DNA from: a bacterium
GTDB taxonomy: Bacteria > 4484-113 > JAFGCY01
Assembly (NCBI GenBank): GCA_020440605.1
Contig: JAGRNT010000003.1
Location: 90,801-154,800 of the forward strand
Reading direction: 5' to 3'
Length of the DNA stretch: 64,000 nucleotides
Shown piece by piece: positions 1 through 11,550 of this stretch. The position numbers and the translations under genes are program-made. Under the pieces are notes generated by a model. It saw only the letters and a program-made list of their open reading frames with translations, ran no database searches and was not told the origin of the DNA. The first letter of the stretch is position 1, and the number at the start of each line of letters is the position of its first letter.

Positions 1-1533
1 ACCGCGCGCCGGGAACGCGGCGACGAGGCCCGCGAGCGTGAGCTGGCGGACCTGGAAGCGAAGCGCAACAGCCAGGAACTTCAGGATCCACCGGCCCAGC
101 CGGAATCCCAGCCGGCAACTCAGCAGCCTGAGGATAGCCGGATTGAGCAGGCGGAGCCGCTGAAGCTTGATCCCGTGCAGCCGGAAGTCCCGGAACAACA
201 GACCGGGGAAGCGGCCAGCCAGGCAGCGGTTCAGACTGAGGCGGGCAGCGAAACGCAGAACCCACCGGTGGAGCATCCCAGCGAGGCAACTCAGCAGCCC
301 GAGAAGAGCGGTGCGGCAGCCGATGAGTCGTTCATCAATGTGAGTCTGCCCGGCAACAGCAGCCCGCCTGCGGATGCGCCGCAGCAGGCTGAAGCCGGGG
401 AGGAAACTGCCAGTCAGGAGCGCAGTGCGGAGGAGATCATGCGTGATGTCCGTGCTGATGACGATGACTGGTCCACCAGCGCTCCTCCTTATCGCGCACC
501 TGACAAGCCGCGCAATGATGCGGAGGGAAAGCCGGCGGAGACTGGCAGCGACGCGGAAGCTGATCTGAAGGGCATCGAGCTGCCGCCGCTGGACATGGCA
601 CGTGCTCCCGGTCGTGATGCGAGCTCCGCATCTGAGTCCCAGGCCGCTGCCAATGGCGCGGAGCTGGAAGAGCCGCAGGCGGATACGCAGGCAGAATCCG
701 GCACGGGGGCTGAGACTCCGGACAGTGGTGATGCAGATGCTGCCTCTGCCCCGGCGGAATCTCAGCAGGAAGCTGCTCAGACGGCAGAGCCAGCCGATGG
801 CAGCCTGTCACTGTTTCCGAGCGGCAAGGACAATCCGCAGGACCGGCCACTGGCCGACAATCCGCCGGATGCCGGCCGGGTGCTGGGGGCTGCTGAGGAG
901 AATCCCGGCGAGCTGAAGCTGCCGGCCTCGCGCACCGCGAATGATGCCAGCGTTGAGTACGATCCCTTCGAGGGCAACCCGGATGTGCAGTCCGTCTATG
1001 ACGACTTCACGGAGCAGCGCTGGCCGGTCGCCGACGGCGATACCTCCAGCTATCGCTACTTCGGCGCGGCCTATGAAATTGACAACACCAAGAGTGACAC
1101 GATGGCCATCAGCTACCAGCAGGGCAGCTTCAGCGATGCTCGCTACGGCGTGGACGTGGAGTACCTCGGTGGGCTGGACTACGTGGGCTATGGCATCGCC
1201 ACACGCTTCAGCGTGAGGAACGGCAGTGTCTCCTATTACGGCATGTTCGTCAGTCAGAGCGGGGAGTACCTGCTGCTGAGGGTGCTGGACGGCCAGGAGA
1301 CCGTGCTGCATGACTGGAGCAGCGCGCCCAATCTGAGCCGCACGCTTTCCAACCGGATCGGGATGGAGCTGATCGGCGGCAGCATCCAGTGCATCATCAA
1401 CGGCGAGGTCGTGGCCACGATCAATGACGACAGCCTGCAAAGCGGCGGCTACGCCCTGCTCTGCGGCCCCGGCACGAGCACGCGCTTTGACAACCTGACG
1501 ATCAAGGGCATCGTCACTGACGGCGGGCAGTAG
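1..1533 (+). CDS. 5'-truncated protein: long acidic/Pro/Ala low-complexity linker plus C-terminal DUF1080/concanavalin-like beta-sandwich
   Basis: Frame is open from base 1 (TARRERGDEARERELADLEAKR...), so the start lies upstream of the window. C-terminal ~170 aa (YGIATRF...YYGMFVS...IQCIINGEVVATIND...TRFDNLTI) resembles DUF1080/LamG-like domains. Confidence 0.6.
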   Translation, partial: TARRERGDEARERELADLEAKRNSQELQDPPAQPESQPATQQPEDSRIEQAEPLKLDPVQPEVPEQQTGEAASQAAVQTEAGSETQNPPVEHPSEATQQPEKSGAAADESFINVSLPGNSSPPADAPQQAEAGEETASQERSAEEIMRDVRADDDDWSTSAPPYRAPDKPRNDAEGKPAETGSDAEADLKGIELPPLDMARAPGRDASSASESQAAANGAELEEPQADTQAESGTGAETPDSGDADAASAPAESQQEAAQTAEPADGSLSLFPSGKDNPQDRPLADNPPDAGRVLGAAEENPGELKLPASRTANDASVEYDPFEGNPDVQSVYDDFTEQRWPVADGDTSSYRYFGAAYEIDNTKSDTMAISYQQGSFSDARYGVDVEYLGGLDYVGYGIATRFSVRNGSVSYYGMFVSQSGEYLLLRVLDGQETVLHDWSSAPNLSRTLSNRIGMELIGGSIQCIINGEVVATINDDSLQSGGYALLCGPGTSTRFDNLTIKGIVTDGGQ

Positions 1534-1536
1534 GGC

Positions 1537-2445
1537 GTGACTGTCCTCAGTGTGATCCTGCTGAGCAAGCAGGAGAAGGTACACGGCACTGACCGCCTCA
1601 TGGAGGCGGCCGGGAACCGGACGGATCTCGAGCTGCTCCACATTGACCCCCACGAGCTGATCCTTGGCAACGGACCGGGTATTCCCGGCATCCGCCATGC
1701 CAAGGATGCACTGCCGGACCCACGCAGCTGCCTGCTGCTGCCCCGCAGTGGCAGCCTGACGGATGAATACAGCCTGTTCTGCCTGGAACAGCTCGAGGCC
1801 TGCGGCTACCGCAGCATCAACCCGGTGGCGGGGATCTGGCAGCTGCGCAGCAAGTTCCGCGCCCAGCAGCTGCTGCAGGAGGCGGGACTGAAGGTACCGG
1901 AAAGCGTGCTGCTGCATTCGCGCAGTGAGCAGCACATCGAGAGCATCGTTGATGAGCTGGGCGGACTGCCGGTTGTGCTCAAGTACCTGCGTGGCAGCCG
2001 CGGCAAAGGCGTGATGAAGATCAGTGACATGGACACGATCAGAAGCATCCTGGCCTCACTCAACATGCTGAAGTTCGACCTGATGCTGCAGCGCTTCCAC
2101 CCGGAGGCTGCGGCGGGATCGATCCGGGTGATCGTGCTCAACGGCGTGGCCCACAGTGCGATGGAGCTGCGCAGCGGCGAGGGACGCAGCCGCTCCAACC
2201 TGCATGAGGGTGGCACTCCGCATCTCAGGGAACTGGACGGGCCGCTGCGCATTGCGGCTGAAAAGGCAGCAGACTGCTTCGGGCTGGGCTTTGCCGGCGT
2301 TGACATCGTGGAGACGGCTCAGGGCCTGCTCGTACTGGAGGTCAACAGCGGGCCGGGCTTCAGGGGCATGGAGGAAGTGCACGGCCCGGTGGTGGCCGAA
2401 TCGATCATCGATGCCTGCCGGGAGCTTGCCCGGAGCTGGGGCTAG
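1537..2445 (+). CDS. RimK-family ATP-grasp (alpha-L-glutamate) ligase
   Basis: Motifs VVLKYLRGSRGKGVMKI, SIRVIVLNG, RSNLHEGG, AGVDIV, LEVNSGPGF. GTG start 3 bp after the upstream stop. Confidence 0.85.
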   Translation: MTVLSVILLSKQEKVHGTDRLMEAAGNRTDLELLHIDPHELILGNGPGIPGIRHAKDALPDPRSCLLLPRSGSLTDEYSLFCLEQLEACGYRSINPVAGIWQLRSKFRAQQLLQEAGLKVPESVLLHSRSEQHIESIVDELGGLPVVLKYLRGSRGKGVMKISDMDTIRSILASLNMLKFDLMLQRFHPEAAAGSIRVIVLNGVAHSAMELRSGEGRSRSNLHEGGTPHLRELDGPLRIAAEKAADCFGLGFAGVDIVETAQGLLVLEVNSGPGFRGMEEVHGPVVAESIIDACRELARSWG

Positions 2446-2822
2446 AAGCCGTCCTGGCTGCGGTCGCGCATCTCGAATTCCAGATTCTCACGGTAGCGGC
2501 GGTACATGTTCTCACGCTCGGCACTGCCCTGCTCAAAGGCCAGGCGGCTGCGCTCCTCGATGTAATCCAGAGCATCCTCATAGCGCTTCTTTTCAATCAG
2601 AAGCTCCACTTCCCTGTCATACACCGCTCCGGCGTGTTCCTCGAGATGGCGTTTCTGGGATTTGGCAATCTCCTCCGCCTGGCGCTTCATGATGTCGCGG
2701 TTGAGGATCTCATTCTCGCGGGCTCGCGCCAGCTCATTGTTCATGTTGACGAGATACGACACGCCCCAGGCCAGCAGGCCTCCCGCTATCAGAAACACCG
2801 GAATCAACAGGAAGATGAACAA
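2442..2822 (-). CDS. Small single-TM membrane protein with helical C-terminal domain (paralog of 2888-3292)
   Basis: Hydrophobic N-terminus, then YDREVELLIEKKRYEDAL...SAERENMYRRY. TTG start is uncertain. Confidence 0.65.
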   Translation of the reverse strand: MFIFLLIPVFLIAGGLLAWGVSYLVNMNNELARARENEILNRDIMKRQAEEIAKSQKRHLEEHAGAVYDREVELLIEKKRYEDALDYIEERSRLAFEQGSAERENMYRRYRENLEFEMRDRSQDGF

Positions 2823-2887
2823 GACAGGACCCCCGGCCGCAGCAAGTGCAACCGTTCCAACATTCTAGCCAATGCAGGGGGGCCAAC

Positions 2888-3292
2888 TCAAGCCCGCAGA
2901 TCCTCAATCACCCGCAGATAACGCTCATACATTTCGCGCTCGGCAGCGCTGGGCAGATTCAGGCCGTCATCCAGCCGGGCCCGGCAGAGGGCCTGGCATT
3001 CATCGAGGCGACGCTGGGCCAGCAGCTCCTCGACCTGCAGGTCGTAGCGTCCGCGGCTGGCCTGATCCGCCGGATCCTCGTGGCGGGCAGCATGGCGTTC
3101 CTCGAAGCGCGGGCGGTAGAACTCCATGTCGATTTCGTTCTTCTGATCTTCCCAGATCTTTAAACCAATCCCGCCAATGCGACCCATGGCCCAGGCCCCG
3201 AGAGGAATCAGGGCCAGCAGAATCACCACTGCAACAATGGCCTGGCCCAGTCCCAGAGCACTTTCCAGTTCAAGAATGCCCGGCAGGATCAT
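2888..3292 (-). CDS. Small single-TM membrane protein (paralog of 2442-2822)
   Basis: TM segment AIVAVVILLALIPLGAWAM, then YDLQVEELLAQRRLDEC...SAAEREMYERY. Confidence 0.65.
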   Translation of the reverse strand: MILPGILELESALGLGQAIVAVVILLALIPLGAWAMGRIGGIGLKIWEDQKNEIDMEFYRPRFEERHAARHEDPADQASRGRYDLQVEELLAQRRLDECQALCRARLDDGLNLPSAAEREMYERYLRVIEDLRA

Positions 3293-3320
3293 CTGCCTGC
3301 ACCCGCATAATCGTCTCGAT

Positions 3321-3548
3321 TCATTTCTGCACAGGTGGATTGTAGAGACCGGCGTCCTGCATGCGCTTCAGCATCCGCGGCATTTCCAGCTCGTGCATCC
3401 TGTCAATCCAGAGCTTGTAGGCCATCCAGCCCAGCCGAATCAGGCACCAGGCCAGCGGGATGGCGAGGATCTCGAGGATGGCAACGGCAGCTCCCATGGG
3501 AAGGAGCTCCGCGAAGGGTGCCTGGCCTGAGGATGCGCCGGGGTTCAT
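3321..3548 (-). CDS. 75-aa single-TM hypothetical protein
   Basis: One hydrophobic helix. TATAAT lies 6 nt upstream of the ATG (3555-3560, minus strand). Confidence 0.55.
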   Translation of the reverse strand: MNPGASSGQAPFAELLPMGAAVAILEILAIPLAWCLIRLGWMAYKLWIDRMHELEMPRMLKRMQDAGLYNPPVQK

Positions 3549-3565
3549 ATCCGGATTATAGCCGC

Positions 3566-4726
3566 TTAGAGATCATCCGGCAGGCGCCGGTTCAGCTCCG
3601 CATAGATCCCCCGCCAGCGCCTGCCGAAACTGCCGCCGGTGATCAGGCGGCGCAGACGCTTCATCAGGTCGAGGTAGAAGGCCAGGTTGTGCCAGGTCAG
3701 CAGCCGGGCCGCGGAATGCTCACCGGTGCGGATCAGATGGTTCAGGTAGCTGCGGCTGTAGCGCCGGCAGACCATGCAGCGGCATTTCGGGTCGAGCGGC
3801 CGGGGGTCATCACGGAAGCGTGAATTCTTGAGCTGCATCCGCCCCTGGCGCGTATAGGCGGAACCATGGCGGGCCATGCGGGTGGGCTGCACGCAGTCGA
3901 ACATGTCAAAGCCCATCGCCACAGCGAAGACGAGGTCGGCGGGGTCGCCGACGCCCATCAGGTAATGCACGCGCTCCTCAGGCAGGCGCTGCCCGCAGAA
4001 TTCCGTCAGACGCAGGAAGTCTTCGCGCGGCTCGCCGACGGCCAGCCCGCCGACGGCCATGGCCTGCACACCGGAATAAGCAACCAACTGGATGCTTTGT
4101 TCGCGCAGATCCTCTTCCAGGCCGCCCTGGGCAATTCCGAAGAGCACCGGCGGCAGGGCTGCCGGCAGGGCCGATCGTTCGACCAGCTCCGGCCAGATCC
4201 GCACCTGCTCCGCCAGCCAGTCGTGGGTGAAGCGCATGTCCTTGATCACGCGCCTGCGCTCCGCCGGCAGGCCGGTGCAGACGTCGATCGGCATTGCGAA
4301 ATCCACGCCGAAGTTGAGCTGGGAGCGCAGGGTGAATTCCGGGCTGAACAGATGCCGGCCGCCATGCAGATGATCCGTGAATTCCACACCATCCGGTTTA
4401 AGCGAGCGGCGCGCCGCCAGTGAGAATGCCTGGTAGCCGCCGCTGTCAGTCAGCACACTGCCCCGCCAGCCGCTCCAGGCCTTGACGCCCCCATGCCGGC
4501 GGATCAGTTCGCTGCCGGGATCAACCACCAGGTGATAGGTGTTCATCAGCACATGCGCATAGCCGATCTTCTCTAGATCCGCCCAGTCAAGGGTCTTCAG
4601 CGAGGCGGAGGTTGCAACAGGCTGGAACAGTGGCGTGGGCAGCCTGTTGCCACTGCGATCCGTCAGCCAGCCGGCCCGGGCCAGCGAACCAGGATCACGC
4701 TGCTCCAGCTCAAAGGGATTGCGCAT
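3566..4726 (-). CDS. tgt: Queuine tRNA-ribosyltransferase (tRNA-guanine transglycosylase)
   Basis: LMNTYHL, LTDSGGYQAFSL, FGIAQGG, AVGGLAVGE, YLMGVG, DMFDCVQPTRMARHG, zinc site CRCMVC...WHN. Confidence 0.95.
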   Translation of the reverse strand: MRNPFELEQRDPGSLARAGWLTDRSGNRLPTPLFQPVATSASLKTLDWADLEKIGYAHVLMNTYHLVVDPGSELIRRHGGVKAWSGWRGSVLTDSGGYQAFSLAARRSLKPDGVEFTDHLHGGRHLFSPEFTLRSQLNFGVDFAMPIDVCTGLPAERRRVIKDMRFTHDWLAEQVRIWPELVERSALPAALPPVLFGIAQGGLEEDLREQSIQLVAYSGVQAMAVGGLAVGEPREDFLRLTEFCGQRLPEERVHYLMGVGDPADLVFAVAMGFDMFDCVQPTRMARHGSAYTRQGRMQLKNSRFRDDPRPLDPKCRCMVCRRYSRSYLNHLIRTGEHSAARLLTWHNLAFYLDLMKRLRRLITGGSFGRRWRGIYAELNRRLPDDL

Positions 4727-4912
4727 CGGGATATGTTAGCGCCGGACAGACCTTTGACGCGTCGTCAAGATACCTAAAGCCTTGCCTTCTCAAGAAGGAT
4801 TCGATTGAATATGGATGCAGGGATTTCGTGTATTTAAGAAGATTATCTGAGCACAGTAGACTCATTTATTCAGAAAATTCATGAAAAAATTGCTGCATAT
4901 CAAACATTTCCG

Positions 4913-4940
4913 TTGACTGCACGGTAGCAACCGGTATAAT
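4913..4940 (+). promoter_or_regulatory. Sigma70/SigA-type promoter of groESL
   Basis: TTGACT (4913-4918), 16-nt spacer, TATAAT (4935-4940), directly upstream of the CIRCE element. Confidence 0.8.
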
Positions 4941-4948
4941 TCCGCAGC

Positions 4949-4975
4949 TTAGCACTCTCCATGCGGGAGTGCCAG
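4949..4975 (+). promoter_or_regulatory. CIRCE element (HrcA operator)
   Basis: TTAGCACTC-N9-GAGTGCCAG versus consensus TTAGCACTC-N9-GAGTGCTAA, upstream of groES. Confidence 0.92.
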
Positions 4976-5090
4976 CAGCGGAAAAACAGGGCTGCCAGAA
5001 GTGCTTTCCGGCAGCAGGGGCAACACCAGCACTATCCTGCTGGTTTTTGCACGTCACAACTAACAGTATTGATACTGGAGGACATAAAGA

Positions 5091-5396
5091 ATGGGAAAGG
5101 CCAGCAGCAAGTTCGCCTACACTCCGGCTCCCGGCCGGCTGATCGTCAAGTCGCTTGAGCAGGCTGAGCGCACCGACAGTGGTCTCTACCTGCCCGAGAC
5201 CGCCAAGGAGCGTCCGCAGCTCGCCGAGGTCGTCGCCTACACCCCCTCCCGCAATGACGAGGGCAAGTCCAATGAGGCGCTGGTCTCCGTCGGCGACACC
5301 ATCTTCCACAGCAAGTACGGCGGCACCGAGGTCAAGATCGACGGCGCCGACTTCCTGATCCTGCGCGAGGATGACGTCCTCGCCGTCAAGAACTAA
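5091..5396 (+). CDS. groES: Co-chaperonin GroES
   Basis: [53 protein letters not shown]; directly upstream of groEL. Confidence 0.96.
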   Translation: MGKASSKFAYTPAPGRLIVKSLEQAERTDSGLYLPETAKERPQLAEVVAYTPSRNDEGKSNEALVSVGDTIFHSKYGGTEVKIDGADFLILREDDVLAVKN

Positions 5397-5454
5397 GCAC
5401 GAATCATCACCTGCTGCCGGCAGTGCCGGTGGCTCAGCTACATAAGAGGAGTAG

Positions 5455-7133
<1,679 letters not shown>

Positions 7134-7245
7134 TCCGATTCCTCTGCCCGCTCATGCGAGCATTCGCGGGTCTGCAGGACATTGGCCAGCTAAGCTGTCC
7201 AATGCCTGCCCGTGAGAGGAGATTGGAAGATACATTGTCTATTTC

Positions 7246-7278
7246 AGGGAGGACCTCCGGGTCCTCCCTTTTTGTTTT
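7246..7278 (+). terminator. Rho-independent terminator of groESL
   Basis: AGGGAGGACC-TCCG-GGTCCTCCCT followed by TTTTGTTTT. Confidence 0.85.
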
Positions 7279-7390
7279 CTCCGTGCATGTGACGGCACCT
7301 TAGTACAGCCCTTATGAATGGCCCGGAATAATCAGACCCGAAGTCAGTTTCGCAGGGTATAAATTTCCATCAGCCCGGGAGGCGGAAGAC

Positions 7391-7978
7391 ATGGACAAAT
7401 CGATCCTCGACACGATCTTTTCCCAGCTCAGCGATGAGCAGATGCAGCAGCTCGGCCAGCATGCCGGTGTGGACGAAGGCAAGGCCCGCCAGGGCCTGGA
7501 GGCCGTGGTGCCGGTGCTGCTTGGTGCAATGGAGCGCAATGCCTCCGCCGGCAATGGTGCGCAGTCCCTGAAGAATGCACTCGAGAAGGACCACGACGGT
7601 TCGATCCTCGACCAGCTCGGTTCGTACCTCGGTAACCCCGATCAGGGCAAGGGCGGGGCGATCCTCGGGCATGTACTCGGCGAGCGCCGCGGCAAGGTCG
7701 AGGAGCGCCTGGCTTCCCGCACCCAGCTGGAGCAGGGCCCGCTCGGCAAGCTGATGGAACTGGCGGCACCACTCGTGATGGGTGCGCTCGGCAAACAGCA
7801 GAAGCAGCAGGGCGGCTTCAGCCTGGACAATCTGGGTGAGCTGCTCGGCAGACAGCGCGAGGCCAGTGAATCCGGCGGGGGCCTGCTCGGAATGGCCGCC
7901 GACATGCTGGACAGCGATGGCGACGGTGACATCATGGACGACCTCGGCGGCATCGCCGGCAAGCTGTTCGGACGGTAG
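7391..7978 (+). CDS. DUF937 family protein
   Basis: VVPVLLGAMERNA...GAQSLKNALEKDHDGSILDQLG...GGAILGHVLG...LAAPLVMGALGK pattern; tail LDSDGDGDIMDDL. Confidence 0.8.
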   Translation: MDKSILDTIFSQLSDEQMQQLGQHAGVDEGKARQGLEAVVPVLLGAMERNASAGNGAQSLKNALEKDHDGSILDQLGSYLGNPDQGKGGAILGHVLGERRGKVEERLASRTQLEQGPLGKLMELAAPLVMGALGKQQKQQGGFSLDNLGELLGRQREASESGGGLLGMAADMLDSDGDGDIMDDLGGIAGKLFGR

Positions 7979-7995
7979 GAACCGCCGGACAGCGC

Positions 7996-10900
7996 TCAGT
8001 TGGAGGAAAGTACGAACAGGGTGCTGCCACTGAAGGCCAGCAGCCTGCCATCCGCCAGCGGCGGGCCAAACTGCAGATCAGGCAGGAAGGATTCCGGTAC
8101 ATCGGCCCACAGCAGGTTCAGGCCCGGGTCGTAGGCCTTGAGCTGGGCGTTGCCAGAACCGTCCCGGCCCGCTGTATAGATCCGGCTGGCAGCGTCAACA
8201 AAGATGATTTCCTCATTGCCGATCTCAACGAAATCCTCCAGCCCGGAGCTGCCGCTGCGATGCAGCCTGTAGCTGCCGGAGGAGGAATCATAGCCGGTCA
8301 GGAATGCATGATCACCCCAGTCCTGCACCGGTGTTACAGCCCTTGGACTCTTCTGCGGAACCGCAGCACTCTCGAGCAGGCCACCGCTGCTGGTCAGGGT
8401 CAGGAGCTTGCCCGTCAGGAAGGAGTACCAGGCCAGCCTGCCGCTGTCCAGGAACATCGGTGCATCAACCTTGAAGCGGAAATCGTTGCTGCCTGCCGGC
8501 ACAAGCGTCTTCCAGAGCAGCTCGCCCTCCATGCTGAAACCGGACAGATTCCCCTCCTCGCAGTAGAGGTTGCCATCCAGACCTACCGTTGCCAGCACGG
8601 TCAACCCGCCATACTCCCTGAGCTTCTGCCCGGCAGTGGAGAAATTGGCAAGGCAGGTATCAGCCGTCAGGACTGAGCCGTTCGGCGCAAGCGCCAGGTC
8701 GGCATAGCCATGGTTGTCAAGCTGTGCCTGCCAGATTCGCTGGCCGCTGCCGCTCAGCGCATCCAGACGCTTGCCGGGCAGCAGCACGTATACGTTGTCA
8801 TTGTAGCCACAGGCTGCATCTGTCAGCCGCAGCGTGTCGCTGCCGTACTGCCAGCGCAGCGCACCCTGGGGACTGAGACGGCGCAGCCTGCCGCCGGCCA
8901 CGATCAGGATGTCACCAGCCGGTGCCACGAAGGCAGAACTGATCTCCAGCCCGCCGGTATCATGCAGGACCGTCAGCTCCGCCCCGGGACCCGGCCCGTT
9001 GTGGCTGCTGCGCCGGGTGCGCTGCGGGTCATGATAGCGGCTTGGCCAGCATTCCCCGGCCCGCCCCCGGGCGCTCTCACTCCAGTACAGGCCTGGCTGT
9101 CCGTCGTAGATTCCCTTGATGCGGTACTCATAGACTGAATCAGCATCAAAGGGGGGAGAGGCCGGATTTCCATTGCCATGCAGGAAGTAGTCCGTGGTCG
9201 GCAGGTCCGCGATCTGGGTCCAGTCCACCGGGCCGTTCCCCTCGATGCAGCGGTACTGCAGACGGTAGCCGTCCAGGTGCGGAATCGCATTCCAGTAGAC
9301 GGCCACCTGGTTGTTGTAGTAACCGTCCGTGGCCTGCACGTCGTCAATGTCAATCGAGAAGACCTCTATGTCGAGTGAGCAGCTGTCCTCCTGGCCGGCG
9401 AAGTCCTGGACGATCAGGTTCACGGTGTTGACGCCGATGTCAGCCGGACCGAAGGTGTGCTCAATGTAGGGTTCCGCTGTGGTCTGATCACCGAAGCCGT
9501 CGTTATCCCAGTCCCATTTGTAGGCGGCAATGCCGGTTGCGGCGATGCTCTCGGAGGCATCGAAACCCAGCGGGCGCAGCGGTGGGACCGCCGGGGCATC
9601 CGCCCTGAGGATGGCAGAAGGCAGTGGCTCCTCGCCATTCTCCAGGCAGAACAGCTCGCCATGGTCATTGGAGAAGTAGAGCAGGCCATGACGGTCCAGG
9701 GAGATGGACTTGCGCACGGGATGGCCGGCGTTGAATGACCACAACAGCAGCCCGGAGCGATGGAAGGCATAGACCCGCCCATCCGAGGATCCGATGTAGA
9801 TGACGCCGTTGCCACTGACGACCGGGGCCGATTCCACCGGTCCGCCCGTGAGGTAGGACCAGTTGATTGTGCCCTGGGGACTGACGCTGTAGACGCGGCT
9901 GTCCAGGCAGCCGAAGATGATGTCCTGTTCAGCGGTCAGGGCGACTGATACATTGATCGCCGCGGGGAACTGCAGTTCCCAGACCAGGTTGCCAAAGATG
10001 TCCAGGCGGCTGAGTTTGCCGTTGTCACTACCGTAGACGATGGATCCGTCCGGCAGGATCGTCGCAGAGCTGAAGATCCGTCCGCCGGTCTGATGTTTCC
10101 AGACAGGCTTACCCAGGGAATTGAGCTGGATCACGGACCCCTGCAGGGTTGGCACGTAGACTTCCCCGCCTGCTGTCAGGGCCGGACTGGCGCTTATGCC
10201 CTCTCCGGCGTCATATTGCCAGAGCAGATTGCCGAAGTGGTCCAGTTTGTAGACCTGGTGGTCGAGATTGCCGAGGTAGACATTGTCCTCGGCATCGCAG
10301 ATCGGCGGGCTGATGATCTCGCCATTCGTCTGGAACTGCCATTCCAGTGTTCCGAAGCGGTCAAGGCAGTACAGCCTGCTGTCATAGCAGCCGACGAACA
10401 GCTTGCCGTTGTGCGCGAGGCAGGGTGTGCTGTCCAGCCGGCCCTCCGCACTGAATTCCCCGATGATGTTGCCCTCGTCGTCAATCGCGAAGAACTTCGC
10501 GAATTCCGTGCCCACGAACATGTTGCCAATGGAGTCGATGGAGATGGAGGAGGTCAGCCCCCCATCCATCGAGAGCTTCCAGCGCAGCGCCTTGTTGAGC
10601 GGGCCGGGAACTTCGACGCGCTGGCCCTGGCCGATGTCGTAGCCGTAGTGAGGCCACTGCGGCTGGCTGAAGCGGTAACTGGCCGGACCGTCAGCGTCAC
10701 CATCCGTGAAGCGGAACCAGTAGATGTCGTAGTCGTCCGCCGGGACGCTGTACCTGAACAGCAGGCGGGTCCCGCTGATTCCGGCCTCCAGCGGGACAGT
10801 GGCGATCACAACGGCGCCTGGTCCATCGGGCTGCTGGGGATCCGGCGGGAAGTCGTCGAAGGACTCGCTGGCAAACAGACGGGTGCCGAGGATCCTGCGT

Positions 10901-11376
10901 CCGAAGTTCTGCCCGATCGGCGTCACATCCGCGAGGTTGATCACGCCATTGCCATCACCGTCAATCACGGCCTGGATGGAGAGGTAGTCAAACTCGCCCT
11001 CCTCTCCGAAGTGGTTCGCCAGCGGCACGAGATCCGCAGCATTCACTTCGCCGTTCTGGTCATAGTCACCTGCTGCATCGTAGTACCACTGGAATGCGCC
11101 ATCCACATAGTTGAGACCGCGCAGCCGGGCGTCGGAAACCGCCGAGACCGTGCGAGGAGTATCGTCACTGCTGAGAACCCGCTCCAGTTCAGTCTGCAGC
11201 ATGGCCAGCAGTCCGGCATCAGGCAGCTCATCAGCTGCAGGCTGCACGGAGCTGGCAACGACCTGCCCGGGCTGCCCGTCGATGGGCTGCAACCGCGCCA
11301 TCCCCTGCGTTCCTGATGCACAGCCAGCCAGCATGAGCAGCAGTGCGATCACCCCCGGTTTCCAGCCAGCGGACAT
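7996..11376 (-). CDS. Large lipoprotein: dockerin-like EF-hand pair, PQQ/BamB-like propeller, PKD, FN3-like, second PQQ-like propeller
   Basis: Start moved to MSAGWKPGVIALLLMLAGC (lipobox; GGGGAGG SD). DYDQNGEVNAADL / DGDGNGVINLADV, repeated LLWQY/LEWQF...SSP/SSA units, YKWDWDNDG. Confidence 0.85.
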   Translation of the reverse strand: MSAGWKPGVIALLLMLAGCASGTQGMARLQPIDGQPGQVVASSVQPAADELPDAGLLAMLQTELERVLSSDDTPRTVSAVSDARLRGLNYVDGAFQWYYDAAGDYDQNGEVNAADLVPLANHFGEEGEFDYLSIQAVIDGDGNGVINLADVTPIGQNFGRRILGTRLFASESFDDFPPDPQQPDGPGAVVIATVPLEAGISGTRLLFRYSVPADDYDIYWFRFTDGDADGPASYRFSQPQWPHYGYDIGQGQRVEVPGPLNKALRWKLSMDGGLTSSISIDSIGNMFVGTEFAKFFAIDDEGNIIGEFSAEGRLDSTPCLAHNGKLFVGCYDSRLYCLDRFGTLEWQFQTNGEIISPPICDAEDNVYLGNLDHQVYKLDHFGNLLWQYDAGEGISASPALTAGGEVYVPTLQGSVIQLNSLGKPVWKHQTGGRIFSSATILPDGSIVYGSDNGKLSRLDIFGNLVWELQFPAAINVSVALTAEQDIIFGCLDSRVYSVSPQGTINWSYLTGGPVESAPVVSGNGVIYIGSSDGRVYAFHRSGLLLWSFNAGHPVRKSISLDRHGLLYFSNDHGELFCLENGEEPLPSAILRADAPAVPPLRPLGFDASESIAATGIAAYKWDWDNDGFGDQTTAEPYIEHTFGPADIGVNTVNLIVQDFAGQEDSCSLDIEVFSIDIDDVQATDGYYNNQVAVYWNAIPHLDGYRLQYRCIEGNGPVDWTQIADLPTTDYFLHGNGNPASPPFDADSVYEYRIKGIYDGQPGLYWSESARGRAGECWPSRYHDPQRTRRSSHNGPGPGAELTVLHDTGGLEISSAFVAPAGDILIVAGGRLRRLSPQGALRWQYGSDTLRLTDAACGYNDNVYVLLPGKRLDALSGSGQRIWQAQLDNHGYADLALAPNGSVLTADTCLANFSTAGQKLREYGGLTVLATVGLDGNLYCEEGNLSGFSMEGELLWKTLVPAGSNDFRFKVDAPMFLDSGRLAWYSFLTGKLLTLTSSGGLLESAAVPQKSPRAVTPVQDWGDHAFLTGYDSSSGSYRLHRSGSSGLEDFVEIGNEEIIFVDAASRIYTAGRDGSGNAQLKAYDPGLNLLWADVPESFLPDLQFGPPLADGRLLAFSGSTLFVLSSN

Positions 11377-11550
11377 ATGAATTCCTCCCCGAAGCTTCTG
11401 CAGTCCGATGGTAACACCGCAGGCCGCTGCGGGAGGATGACACAAGCCGGGCAGTTCCGGGGAACAGTTCGCCTGGCCCGCTGCCGGTGGCCGGCCATGG
11501 GCCTGCAGACCTGCCAGACCATGGGTCTGGCCTCCTGCAGTTCAGGCCTC

